From a virus (taxonomy: Duplodnaviria; Caudoviricetes), in IMG/VR virus record IMGVR_UViG_3300047387_000055, positions 1 through 27,959 of that record: a stretch of 27,959 bases of DNA; one strand, given 5' to 3'. Of this stretch, positions 15,987 to 26,574 are shown in pieces. The stretch's first letter is position 1; each line of letters starts with the position of its first letter. The position numbers and the translations under genes are program-made. The notes under the pieces were generated by a model. It saw only the letters and a list, made by a program, of their open reading frames with translations. It was not told the origin of the DNA and searched no databases.

Positions 15987-16604
15987 ATGACTACTCAAAT
16001 AGCAACCGATACCGAACTATCCGCAGTTAATTCTATCTTGGGTGGTATTGGTCAATCACCGATTACATCTCTCACAGGTAACGCATTACAAAATCCAGAG
16101 ATTGGTTTTATAAAAAATCTTTTAGATGAAACAAATAAAAATGTACAAGGTGAAGGCTGGCATTTTAATAAAGAAGATCATGTACTTAGATCTCCTGATG
16201 CAAATGGTAACTACCTAATTCCTTCTGACTACTTAAGGTTTGATGTACATGATGGATTGTATGACAGAACTAGAGATGTAGTAAGAAAAGATGGAAAGCT
16301 ATACGACAACGTTCAACACACTGATGTTTTTACAGGCGACTTATATTTTGACATAACTTACTTACGAGCTTTTACAGATGTACCTCCAACTATCCAGAGA
16401 TACATAATTGCTAGAGCATCAGTAAGAGCAGCAACACAATTAGTTTCTAATCCAGATTTAGTAAAGCTTTTAAAACTAGAAGAAGAGCAGACTAAAGCTG
16501 CTGCATTGGAATACGACTGTGAGCAGGGAGATCATACATTCTTTGGATTTCCACATGAAAGTAATTACAGATCTTATCAACCTTACAAAGCACTTATTAG
16601 ATAA
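15987..16604 (+). CDS. Tail tubular protein A (T7 gp11-like)
   Basis: TELSAVNSIL..IGQSP, VQGEGWHFN and F.DVP...QRYI.ARA motifs; position after the capsid terminator. Confidence 0.94.
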   Translation: MTTQIATDTELSAVNSILGGIGQSPITSLTGNALQNPEIGFIKNLLDETNKNVQGEGWHFNKEDHVLRSPDANGNYLIPSDYLRFDVHDGLYDRTRDVVRKDGKLYDNVQHTDVFTGDLYFDITYLRAFTDVPPTIQRYIIARASVRAATQLVSNPDLVKLLKLEEEQTKAAALEYDCEQGDHTFFGFPHESNYRSYQPYKALIR

Positions 16605-19600
16605 TGGCAAACATTACACAAACTATTCCAGCGTTAACGGCTGGCATTTCACAACAACCTGACGAGCAAAAAATTCCCGGTCAGGTGAAAGACATGGTGA
16701 ACGCCATACCTGACGTTACACAAGGATTATTAAAAAGACCTGCTGGAAAGTTTGTGGCATCTTTATCTGATGGAACAAATAATTCAACAGCAGATGGTAA
16801 ATGGTTTCATTACTATCGTGATGAGAACGAACAATATATAGGACAGATAGCACGTAATGGTGTTATTAAAATGTGGGCATGTGTTGACGTAAAAGCTGCA
16901 AACGGCTCTGTCATCCACAATGCTGGAGATGAAGTTACTGTTGTTAATGGAATAGGAAATAACACATATTTAACTCATACGGATGACGAGGATATACAGA
17001 CATTAACTCTTAATGATTTCACCTACATCAATAACAGATCCATTACAACTGAGATGGATACAACGGTTGAACCTCTTGGAAATTTTCAGAAAGAAATTTT
17101 TGTCGAGTTAAAAAGTATCAGTTATGCAAAACAGTATGCCTTAAACGTTTTTGACAATACCACTACAACAACAGTTACTACAGCCACACGTATAAGTGTA
17201 GCTCTAGTTAACTCAAGTAATAACTATTGTGATACAGGGTTCCGTATGAGAACTCATGCCGATAGAGGTAATACTCCTAATGCTAGATGTGGTACACAAG
17301 CCGGTGATGGTAGAGATGCGTTTGCACCTAATGTAGGGACACGTATTTTTAGTGTCAGTACTGGAGATACTCTTAATGACGAGGGAGCTGTTGGTGGAAC
17401 TCTAGCTAATGGAAACGAGTCAGATACTAACTACAGTTATACAGTTAATATATTTAACTCATCCAACCAAGGCAGTCAGACAGGTAGAAAGAATTTATAT
17501 TTTCGTATAGCTACAACTGGGCAATCAGTACCTTATACCGAAGGTTCTGGTTCAAGTCAGCAAACTACATATCAAGCTAGATATACAACTACACATGATT
17601 TACTTCATGGAGGAGAAGGTTGGCAGCAAGGTGATTACTTTTATGTATTTATGAAAGATGGTTACTACAAAATAACCATAGATGAAATAAGTACTTCAGT
17701 TGTTCAGGCAAACCTTGCGTTAGTCAGACCTCAACCTACACCTTTCGATACTGAAACTACTATTACTGCTGAAAGTATTCTTGGTGATATAAGAACTGAG
17801 TTAATAGCTAGTGGTAATTTTAGTGCTTCTGATATAAGTCAAATAGGTACAGGATTACATATAAAACGCAATGCTATATTCAATGCTTCTACGCCAGTAG
17901 GAGAGCTTTTAAATGTTGTAGCTGGAAAGGTTAACGATGTAGGAGACTTACCCTCTCAGTGTAAGCACGGGATGGTTGTAGAGGTTATTAATAGTGTTGC
18001 TGAAGAAGATAATCACTACGTTAAATTCTTTGGTAATAATGATAAAGATGGTGAAGGTACATGGGAAGAATGTGCTAAACCCGGGAGAAAGATAAGACTA
18101 AAAAGGTCAACTATGCCAGTGCTTCTTATAAGAACTGCTGACGGTAATTTTAGACTTACTGAATTAAATGGATCTACATATAGTATTGGTGGTGTTACTC
18201 AACCAGCAGTTCCTCAATGGGATGATGCTTTAGTTGGTGATGATGTAACTAATCCTGAACCTTCATTTATAGGCAAAAATATTAATAAACTACTTTTCTT
18301 TAGAAATAGGTTTGCAATACTTGCTGATGAAAATATAGTTATGTCTCGTCCCGGAGACTTTACTAATTTTTTTGCTAAGTCAGCTATACAGCTAATAGCC
18401 AGTGATCCGGTAGATATAGCAGCTAGTTCAGAATATCCAGCAATATTGTTTGATGGAATACAAACTAACACAGGTTTAGTTTTGTTTTCTAAAAGTCAAC
18501 AATTTATGCTGACTACAGATAGTGATGTATTTAGTCCAACAACAGCTAAGATTAATTCTCTTTCTACTTATAACTTTAACATTGCAACTAATCCTATCTC
18601 TCTTGGTACTACACTAGGTTTTCTAGATAATGCCGGTAAGTTCTCAAGATTCTTTGAGATGGCACAAGTGCAGAGAGAAGGTGAACCACAAGTAATAGAA
18701 CAAAGTGCAGTAGTTTCTAGACTATTTGAAAAAGATTTAAAACTTATATCTAACTCTAGAGAAAACTCAGTAATCTTTTTTAGTGAAGAAGGTACCTCTA
18801 CTCTTTATGGTTATAGATATTTTGACCAAATTACAGAAAGAAAACTAGCATCTTGGTTTAGGTGGACATTGACTGGAACAATTCAGTACCACTGTATGCA
18901 GGATGACAACTTGTTTGTTGTTGTACGTAATGGTGGTAAAGATCAATTGCTTAAGTATTCAATCAAGATAGATGCTAATACTTTTGCTTTAGCAGAAAAC
19001 AGAGTACACCTAGATCATTTAATGTCAGTAAGTGGTTGGAGTTATAACGCTACAACAGGTAAATCAACAAAAGCCAAGCCAACTGGTTTAGAAAGTTCTG
19101 CTCAACTAGCAGCTTACGATGTAGATGCAGGTAATAACTTAGGTAGATATGGTCTGATTACTATTAATGGAAATAATTTAGAACTAGATGGTGATTGGTC
19201 TGGAGAAACATTTCTGATTGGTTATCAATACACAATGGAAGTCAAGCTTCCTACTATCTACTACCTAACTCAAAGCGGTCAAAACTGGAGAGCTGATACT
19301 AGAGCTAACACTGTTATACACAGAGTTAAGTTTGGTTTCGGTCCGATAGGTTTATATGAAACTACACTTAATAGAATTGGAAGATCTGACTATACAGAAG
19401 TATTTGAAGTATCTAGTGCTAACCAATATTCAGCTAACACAGGAGCAATTGTTGACGACAATATTTTAAGAACAGTTCCTGTTTACGACAGAAATATAAA
19501 CGCAGCATTAACTATTAAATCTACACACCCAGCTCCAGCGACAATACATAATTTGACGTGGGAAGGAGTTTACAACAATAATTTTTACGAGCGTGTCTAA
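16604..19600 (+). CDS. Tail tubular protein B (T7 gp12-like), 998 aa
   Basis: ITQTIP.L.AGISQQPD, GLLKRP, W....VGDD.TNPEPSF and FFRNRF..L motifs. Confidence 0.94.
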   Translation: MANITQTIPALTAGISQQPDEQKIPGQVKDMVNAIPDVTQGLLKRPAGKFVASLSDGTNNSTADGKWFHYYRDENEQYIGQIARNGVIKMWACVDVKAANGSVIHNAGDEVTVVNGIGNNTYLTHTDDEDIQTLTLNDFTYINNRSITTEMDTTVEPLGNFQKEIFVELKSISYAKQYALNVFDNTTTTTVTTATRISVALVNSSNNYCDTGFRMRTHADRGNTPNARCGTQAGDGRDAFAPNVGTRIFSVSTGDTLNDEGAVGGTLANGNESDTNYSYTVNIFNSSNQGSQTGRKNLYFRIATTGQSVPYTEGSGSSQQTTYQARYTTTHDLLHGGEGWQQGDYFYVFMKDGYYKITIDEISTSVVQANLALVRPQPTPFDTETTITAESILGDIRTELIASGNFSASDISQIGTGLHIKRNAIFNASTPVGELLNVVAGKVNDVGDLPSQCKHGMVVEVINSVAEEDNHYVKFFGNNDKDGEGTWEECAKPGRKIRLKRSTMPVLLIRTADGNFRLTELNGSTYSIGGVTQPAVPQWDDALVGDDVTNPEPSFIGKNINKLLFFRNRFAILADENIVMSRPGDFTNFFAKSAIQLIASDPVDIAASSEYPAILFDGIQTNTGLVLFSKSQQFMLTTDSDVFSPTTAKINSLSTYNFNIATNPISLGTTLGFLDNAGKFSRFFEMAQVQREGEPQVIEQSAVVSRLFEKDLKLISNSRENSVIFFSEEGTSTLYGYRYFDQITERKLASWFRWTLTGTIQYHCMQDDNLFVVVRNGGKDQLLKYSIKIDANTFALAENRVHLDHLMSVSGWSYNATTGKSTKAKPTGLESSAQLAAYDVDAGNNLGRYGLITINGNNLELDGDWSGETFLIGYQYTMEVKLPTIYYLTQSGQNWRADTRANTVIHRVKFGFGPIGLYETTLNRIGRSDYTEVFEVSSANQYSANTGAIVDDNILRTVPVYDRNINAALTIKSTHPAPATIHNLTWEGVYNNNFYERV

Positions 19601-20105
19601 ATACATTCACCCAGCAACGTTAGAGGCTGCACTTCGTGTGGCTTCTAACCTTTTACCCGACGATTATCGGGAGGTTACAGAAGGTCATGGACATGACCCT
19701 TTAAATGCACTTGTCGTAGGTTTTCATAACTGCGACTCAGTTTATTTTGAAGTGCCAAATGGCGAGATAGCAGGCATGGCAGGAGTTCACGAAGGTGGAC
19801 AAATCTGGATGCTTTGCACCCCAGCTATCTACGACTATCCTCATACCTTTGCTAGAGAAGCAAGACGGTATGTGAATGCAAGAACAGAAAAGTTACTGTG
19901 GAATATTGTTGACGAAAGAAACAAAGTCCATATCAAGTTACTTAGGTTTTTAGGTTTTAAATTTCTTAGGAGATTTCCCTACGGACCAAACAATTTATCC
20001 TTTATAGAATTTTGCCGTGTGCAGTCCAGCAGCAATAGGACCAGCAGTAGGAGCAGTAGGCTCCGCGATGCAAGCGTCCCAAGCCAACAAAGAAGCGAGA
20101 CGTAA
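19593..20105 (+). CDS. T7 gp13-like protein (acetyltransferase-like fold)
   Basis: GTG start; IWMLCT and LWNIVDERNKVHIKLLRFLGFKF signature; position after gp12. Confidence 0.8.
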   Translation: MSKYIHPATLEAALRVASNLLPDDYREVTEGHGHDPLNALVVGFHNCDSVYFEVPNGEIAGMAGVHEGGQIWMLCTPAIYDYPHTFAREARRYVNARTEKLLWNIVDERNKVHIKLLRFLGFKFLRRFPYGPNNLSFIEFCRVQSSSNRTSSRSSRLRDASVPSQQRSET

Positions 20106-20796
20106 TTACGAGTATAAACTCAAAGTCCGTGAACGTAAGTGGATGCAAACAAGAGCCACTTACGCATCTAAAAAAGTTCAGTTCGAGGAAGAGGTTGACC
20201 AAGCAAACATTGCAGCTCAACGAGCTTACTCAAGAACACAACAACAATTAAATAATGCAAAATCTCTAGCAATCTTAGAAAACCAAGAAGATTTTAAAAA
20301 GATGTTAGCCAACGAAGGTGCGATAGAAGTTTCTGCTGCCGAGCGTGGGGTTAGAGGTAGAGCAGTAGCTAGACAATTAGTTATGAACAAAGGCAACTTT
20401 GGTATTAGTCAAGCACTAAGATCCAGAGGCTTAGCTCAAGCTGGTTATGCAGCTAAAGAAAGTAATGCAGATGTTAATAGACAATTAAAAGGACAACTAA
20501 ATAGATCCTTTGGAAAGGTAGCTATCCAGCCAGTACAAGACTTAGCACCACCTCCTCCAGTAATGCAGAACGTAGGTATGACATTCATGCTTGGCATGGG
20601 TAAGGCGTTAGGTGCTGGGTTAGAAGGTATGGATACAAATACTAATCCATTTAGTAATACACCCGGAGTTACACCAGACGTTATTACACCACCATCAACG
20701 GTTAATTATGGTACTACATTTCCTTCAGGTAGTTTTGGATATGGAACACCAGCTACACGTTTAGGTTTGGCTAACAATAGAAATCTTTATTTATAG
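20017..20796 (+). CDS. Internal virion/ejection protein (T7 gp14-like)
   Basis: GTG start giving MCSP; Ala/Gly/Gln-rich; synteny. Confidence 0.8.
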   Translation: MCSPAAIGPAVGAVGSAMQASQANKEARRNYEYKLKVRERKWMQTRATYASKKVQFEEEVDQANIAAQRAYSRTQQQLNNAKSLAILENQEDFKKMLANEGAIEVSAAERGVRGRAVARQLVMNKGNFGISQALRSRGLAQAGYAAKESNADVNRQLKGQLNRSFGKVAIQPVQDLAPPPPVMQNVGMTFMLGMGKALGAGLEGMDTNTNPFSNTPGVTPDVITPPSTVNYGTTFPSGSFGYGTPATRLGLANNRNLYL

Positions 20797-20798
20797 TT

Positions 20799-22862
20799 AT
20801 GATTCCTAATTATCAAATATCTGGGCAGTCAGTAACTCCACAAGAAGTACTAGATGTTATCCCAGAACAAGAAGCATCTGATAAAGCTATTCAGCAATCA
20901 GAAGAAAGATACCTACAGCAGTTAGAAAAAAACTCTGCTGATAGAGTTAGAAATACAGAAAAGATGTACGAGGGTTTAGCTACTCTTTCATCTAAAGTCG
21001 GAGACATAATACAGAAAAAACAAGATAAATATAGAGCAGACAGAGAAGCACAGATAAAACTAGACATACTAACTAGAGGTGTTAGTCCAGAACTAGAAGC
21101 AAGATTTAGAGGAGAAAGATCACAACTATTCGATGATGATCTAGCTACACAAGAGTTTGCATCTAAATACGAAGAGGAAACCGGTGACTCTATCACCGCT
21201 CAAGAATTTCGTAATATGGCTGGCTGGGAAAAGTATATGGTTGCAGAACAATATGCTTTACAGAAAGCTAAAGGCTACGACCAGTATGTTTACGATGCTT
21301 ACGAAACTACAAAAATAGATGTTATTAGAGATGGTCAACAAGTTTCTGTTGGTCACATGGATAATCTATCTCCATCTGAACAAGCAGCATTAGACACAAA
21401 GATTAAGTTTGAATATGCAAAGCAATTTGCAGGATTAAATGAAGCACTTGTAGCCACTGTTGTTAAACCAGAAATAGATAAGTTTGATAAGAAAAGAAGA
21501 GATGAGCAAGCTGTAAAAAGAGAAGCTGCATATAAAATCCAAGTCAAAGAATCTGATGACAGAATGATAGAACTTGGATTTGCAACAGCTAATCCTGAAG
21601 ATGGTCATCAACTAGCTCACGATTGGGCTGCTAGATATTCAGCTAGAAATAGAGTTTCTATCCAAGCAGGAAGAATAGCTTTTAAAGAAAGTCTTGTAGA
21701 TCTTGTATCTAATAATAAGATTTCATATGCAGAAGCTATGTCTATTGTTAGTCACGAAATAACAGCTCGTGACGGATCTACTAAGACTATGACTTCTTGG
21801 AAAGAGTGGGACAGTCTAGGAGAAGAATTAGCAGATGCAAATGTTAAGGCACAATCTGCTAAAACAGATGACAGAAATGCTGATATAGCTGCTGATGTAG
21901 AAATAATAAAGTCTTTACAGAATCCTACTAACGAACAAAAAATGCAGCTCATGGCTGTGTATAAACAAAAGTATGATGGTTTTATTCCTTCTGATATACA
22001 AGGTGCATTGAGAGGTCACTTAGATGACGATGTTGCTGAAGAAAGTCTTCAAGAATCGATTCGCTACCAAGGTGGTGTATATGATTTTGAACTAGCTAAT
22101 GTCAGCACAGAGTTATTTAATAAATACAAAGATAAGCTTATTGTTGCTGGATCTTCTGCTGTAGGAACTGACGACCATAAGAAAGCTAACGAGTTTATTA
22201 CAACTTATACAAACGAAGGAACTGGTAATAAATTTGGAGAGACAGATGCTAAGTCTCCTCAATGGTTATCTTTACGCGACAATTTATCTGAACTATATTT
22301 CACAACCTACAAGAACACTTTATATAAAGGTGGTGTAAAAGTAACTACTGAAGCAGATGCTGATAGAGCTGCAAAACTTGCAGTGCAACAAGCTGTAGGA
22401 GATGAAAATACTCTTACCAGAATGATGAGTATAGATTTTACAGATGATGGCGATGAAACTTACAACCGGATGATGCAAGTATCTATGACTGAATCAGGTG
22501 GAGGTAAGTGGAGAAGAAATAAAATTACATCTAATGCAGAGGTAGATGCTGGTTTAATAGCTTGGCATAATACACCTTTGAAACAATCTAAAGACTTACC
22601 TTCTTACTACAAAGATTTAGCAATGAGAATGGGTATCAATCCTGTTGATTTAGCTAACTCACAACTTAGGTATCTTGTAGATGAAGATGTACAAGTAGAA
22701 GAACAGCAAGAAGAATATAATCAGAAAATTTTAAATCTTATATATAAATTTCCAACTCGTGAAAAGATCACAAGAGCAAGACTTGAGGCAGAAGGAGCTG
22801 GAGATCAAAATGCAAAAACATCAATTTTCAACAGAAAAGCTTTAACAATAACGGACGAGTAA
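20799..22862 (+). CDS. Internal virion/ejection protein (T7 gp15-like)
   Basis: 687-aa helical-looking protein between the gp14 and gp16 positions; called by synteny. Confidence 0.75.
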   Translation: MIPNYQISGQSVTPQEVLDVIPEQEASDKAIQQSEERYLQQLEKNSADRVRNTEKMYEGLATLSSKVGDIIQKKQDKYRADREAQIKLDILTRGVSPELEARFRGERSQLFDDDLATQEFASKYEEETGDSITAQEFRNMAGWEKYMVAEQYALQKAKGYDQYVYDAYETTKIDVIRDGQQVSVGHMDNLSPSEQAALDTKIKFEYAKQFAGLNEALVATVVKPEIDKFDKKRRDEQAVKREAAYKIQVKESDDRMIELGFATANPEDGHQLAHDWAARYSARNRVSIQAGRIAFKESLVDLVSNNKISYAEAMSIVSHEITARDGSTKTMTSWKEWDSLGEELADANVKAQSAKTDDRNADIAADVEIIKSLQNPTNEQKMQLMAVYKQKYDGFIPSDIQGALRGHLDDDVAEESLQESIRYQGGVYDFELANVSTELFNKYKDKLIVAGSSAVGTDDHKKANEFITTYTNEGTGNKFGETDAKSPQWLSLRDNLSELYFTTYKNTLYKGGVKVTTEADADRAAKLAVQQAVGDENTLTRMMSIDFTDDGDETYNRMMQVSMTESGGGKWRRNKITSNAEVDAGLIAWHNTPLKQSKDLPSYYKDLAMRMGINPVDLANSQLRYLVDEDVQVEEQQEEYNQKILNLIYKFPTREKITRARLEAEGAGDQNAKTSIFNRKALTITDE

Positions 22863-22898
22863 CTGCGGTTTACTTGCCGTTCGTTAGGCAATATTACC

Positions 22899-25800
22899 GT
22901 GGTAACTATGGAAGATGAAATGAATCTCGAGATAGGAATATCTGGAGATGGACTAAGCGAAGAAGAGACTGCTGCGGCAGTCCAAACTATGCAAGAAGCC
23001 GAGCAAGAGCGTGCTGAGCTTCGAGAACAAAACGCTCAAATAGAAGAACAAAAAACTGAAGCTAATAAACCTGAAGGAGCAAACTTAGGTGACTATATAG
23101 CTGATACTGTTAAAGCTCCACTAGCTGGTGCTAGAGATGGTGTAGCCAATATAATTACTGCTCCAGAAAGAGTCATTGACTTTATATCTGGAGAAATGCA
23201 AGAAGAATCTGAAACTGAAGAAGGCTATCAGACTGAGTGGGATTCATTACTTTATGGAGAGAATGATCCTTTAGAAACTAAAACTTGGTGGGGTGGTTTA
23301 ATCAGAACAGGTACTGAAGTCGCAACCACTTTAGGTTTAACAGGTGGATTCGGAGGTGTAGGAAAAGTTGGTAAAGGTTTAACCTTTATGCAAAGTCTTA
23401 AAACTGGTGCATTAACTGGTGCAAGATTTGACCTACTAGATAAAGACTCACAAGACGATAACCTTTCTGGAATGCTTAAGGAAAGATTTCCTTTACTAGA
23501 CACTCCACTCGCTACACAAGATGGTGACAGTCCAGTAATGAAAACTGTCAAAAACGTAGTAGAAGGAATGTTTATTGGAGGTATATTCGATAGCGTTTTA
23601 TATGGAGTATCCAAGAATAAAGAAGGAATAAAAGAGGTAATCGAATCTAGAAGAAAAAGTGTTAAGTCACAGCAACTAGAAGAAGCTGCTACTCAAATGA
23701 AAGAACCCGGATTTAGAGCAAGTAAGAATCCAAAACTAGCTAACAAATCACAAGGTGGTACTACTTCATTAGAGACAGGTCCAGCTCTTAACAAAGCTAG
23801 AAGACAAAAGAAAACACAACTAGGTTCCGAAGAAGGAAGTATTGGTTCCTCACTATCTAACACCGAAGTCACTGCACTTACAAAAGGAACAAAGGAAGCT
23901 AGAGGAGTAATAGAAAAAGTACTACGTAGATTTAGAAGTCAAGGTTATGTTCAGCAGATGCAAGAGACTGCTGCCAGACAAGGTAAGACTCTCGATGAAA
24001 TGTATGCACAGGATCTTGATACTTACAAAGCAGTATTTGAAGGCAGAAATACATCTGACATGACTCCTGAAGAGTTCTGGAAAGAAATTAGTAAGGAAAA
24101 ATTAGTACGTAAGAGTGGAAAGAAAACACTATATTCTTATGTTTCTAGTGAATATGCTGATGCTATAGATATGATTAATGCTTCTCTATTTAATGAGATT
24201 AGAGATGCAGGAGTTACAGCTAGAGAATTAGCAAATATATATGACATCAAAGATATTGATGGTCCTGCACAGCAGATGGTTAAAAAACTTATAGCTGGTT
24301 TGCAGATGAGAAAAATGGCTAGTGCTGATATATCTCAACAACTACGACAGTTTGGAAAGATGAGGGGTAAAACAATTACTCCAAAACTACAAGCTGAGAT
24401 GATAGACAAACAAGTACAGGAAAGTGTTGATGCTTTCCGTATGGCGTTGGATATTACTGGTGATGAAGGTGACGAGATATTTAAAGCTATGTTCGAGGGT
24501 ATCTCTATGGCTAAAGATATTCATACACTCGACGATCTTGACCAGTTTATGCGAGTCAAGATGAGAGGTGGTGAATGGGGTGGAGATCCTAAAAAGACTG
24601 GTGCATTTTTAAGAGAGATGGGATCTATGTTTACTCATAGTGTTTTATCTGGACCTAAAACAGCAGTCCGAGCAATCTTAGGTACGTCTACTGCAACCTT
24701 TACTAGACCTATGGCTATGGCTTTAGGTGGATTAATGAAGGGTGACGGTACAACTATGAGAGCTGGATTAGCATCATTAAATGCTATGCGTGAAGCAATA
24801 CCAGAATCTTTTGAATTATTTAAAAGAAAACTTAATTCTTATTGGGCTGGTGACATCTCTACTATGAAAACCAGATATGTTGAAAGAACTAAGTTAGATG
24901 ACCAATGGCAAATGTATGGTCACTGGGCAGAGACTAGAGGCGATGTAACAGATAAGGCTTTATATAGAACTGCAAATATGGTCAGAAGTTTAAATGACAA
25001 TAGTTTCTTAACCTACTCAACCAAGATCATGGCATCTACTGACGATGCTTTCGCATTAATTATTGGTAGAGCTAGAGCTAGAGAAAAAGCATTCTTAAAA
25101 GCAGCAGAAAAACTACCTGATGGTAACTTCCAAAACCTAGATGCTAAGTTCTTTAGAGAGTACGAAGATAATTTTAATAAAGAAATCTTTGATGCTAACG
25201 GTAATATCACTGATAAAGCTGCTGAATATAGTAGAAAAGAAGCTACTCTTACTCAAGACTTAACAGGTTTCTCAGCGAAACTTGGTGAAGCTTTTAACGA
25301 AGCACCTTGGGCTAGACCATTCTTTCTATTTGCTAGAACAGGTATTAACGGTTTAGCACTTACTGCAAAACATACTCCCGGATTTAACTTCTTAGTAAAA
25401 GAATTTAACCAGATAGCTAAAGCAAAACCCGGAGATAATCTCCAATCACTCAATAAGTACGGCATATTTAATAGTCGTGATCTTATGAATGCTAAAGCTA
25501 TCCAGAACGGAAGATTAGCTATGGGTAGTGCAGCATTGAGTATGGCATCAATGGCATATCTTAGTGGTGGATTACATGGTAATGGACCAACAGATAGAAC
25601 ACAAAGACAAGCATGGTTAGATGCTGGATGGAAACCAAGAACAATCAAGATTGGTAATGTCTGGGTTAACTATGATGCCTTTGAACCTTACAACCAGATA
25701 CTTGCGTTAGTAGGAGATATAGGAGATCACCAACAGTTAATGGGTGAAGAATGGGCTGAAGATAGATTATCTAAATTAGCAATGGCATTAGCTGGTACTG

Positions 25801-26558
25801 CTACAAGTAAATCTTACTTAGCAGGATTACAGTCATTTGTAGATTTATTTTCTGGTGCTCCCGGACAACAAGAAAGAATTATTGCTTCATTGATGAACAA
25901 TACTCTTCCATTATCTAGTCTTAGAAATGAAATAGGAAAAGTTCTTACACCTTATACAAGAGAGCTAGGTTCTGATATACAAGACTCTATTAGAAATAGA
26001 AACTTAATAACTGAGAATATCGCAGCAGATCCACTACCAATTAAATACGACATCTTAACTGGCAGACCTATTAAAGATCACGATTTTATTACTCGTATGT
26101 TTAATGCGTTCTCACCTGTGAATTTCAACATAGATTACACACCCGGAAGAGAGTTGTTATTTAACAGTGGTTATGACATGAGAACTTCTACATACTCAGC
26201 TCCAGATGGAACAGATTTATCTGACAGTCCAAAAGTTAGATCAATGTTCCAGAAAGCTATAGGTGAGCAAAACCTAGAAGCAATCTTCGACAAGATGGCA
26301 GCAGAGGAGTCGATACAAATTTCTCTTGCTGAGATGAACTACTACAAGAAAAATGGTATGAGCGATGTTGAACCAAGATCATTCCCACATTACAAGCGAA
26401 TCGCAAAAGTATTTGACAAGGCTAAGAAACGAGCTTGGGCAAGTCTTAAAAATGATAACGACGTCCAAAAGCTGCTCATTGAAGAAAGAGATCAAAAATT
26501 AAAAAACAGAAAAGCAAACAAAGGCACGATAGACAAAATCTTAGAGATGCCTAAATAA
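22899..26558 (+). CDS. Internal virion/ejection protein (T7 gp16-like)
   Basis: 1219 aa; PFFLFART..N and GNGP......AW...GWKP motifs typical of cyanopodovirus gp16. Start is GTG22899 or ATG22908. Confidence 0.8.
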   Translation: MVTMEDEMNLEIGISGDGLSEEETAAAVQTMQEAEQERAELREQNAQIEEQKTEANKPEGANLGDYIADTVKAPLAGARDGVANIITAPERVIDFISGEMQEESETEEGYQTEWDSLLYGENDPLETKTWWGGLIRTGTEVATTLGLTGGFGGVGKVGKGLTFMQSLKTGALTGARFDLLDKDSQDDNLSGMLKERFPLLDTPLATQDGDSPVMKTVKNVVEGMFIGGIFDSVLYGVSKNKEGIKEVIESRRKSVKSQQLEEAATQMKEPGFRASKNPKLANKSQGGTTSLETGPALNKARRQKKTQLGSEEGSIGSSLSNTEVTALTKGTKEARGVIEKVLRRFRSQGYVQQMQETAARQGKTLDEMYAQDLDTYKAVFEGRNTSDMTPEEFWKEISKEKLVRKSGKKTLYSYVSSEYADAIDMINASLFNEIRDAGVTARELANIYDIKDIDGPAQQMVKKLIAGLQMRKMASADISQQLRQFGKMRGKTITPKLQAEMIDKQVQESVDAFRMALDITGDEGDEIFKAMFEGISMAKDIHTLDDLDQFMRVKMRGGEWGGDPKKTGAFLREMGSMFTHSVLSGPKTAVRAILGTSTATFTRPMAMALGGLMKGDGTTMRAGLASLNAMREAIPESFELFKRKLNSYWAGDISTMKTRYVERTKLDDQWQMYGHWAETRGDVTDKALYRTANMVRSLNDNSFLTYSTKIMASTDDAFALIIGRARAREKAFLKAAEKLPDGNFQNLDAKFFREYEDNFNKEIFDANGNITDKAAEYSRKEATLTQDLTGFSAKLGEAFNEAPWARPFFLFARTGINGLALTAKHTPGFNFLVKEFNQIAKAKPGDNLQSLNKYGIFNSRDLMNAKAIQNGRLAMGSAALSMASMAYLSGGLHGNGPTDRTQRQAWLDAGWKPRTIKIGNVWVNYDAFEPYNQILALVGDIGDHQQLMGEEWAEDRLSKLAMALAGTATSKSYLAGLQSFVDLFSGAPGQQERIIASLMNNTLPLSSLRNEIGKVLTPYTRELGSDIQDSIRNRNLITENIAADPLPIKYDILTGRPIKDHDFITRMFNAFSPVNFNIDYTPGRELLFNSGYDMRTSTYSAPDGTDLSDSPKVRSMFQKAIGEQNLEAIFDKMAAEESIQISLAEMNYYKKNGMSDVEPRSFPHYKRIAKVFDKAKKRAWASLKNDNDVQKLLIEERDQKLKNRKANKGTIDKILEMPK

Positions 26559-26574
26559 ACAATAGGTGGATACC

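Noticed and set aside
15920-15990. T7 gp10B-like capsid frameshift or read-through (gp11 is in frame with gp10)
   Set aside because: There is no slippery site or extension ORF, and the spacer is a strong terminator; the in-frame arrangement is probably chance.
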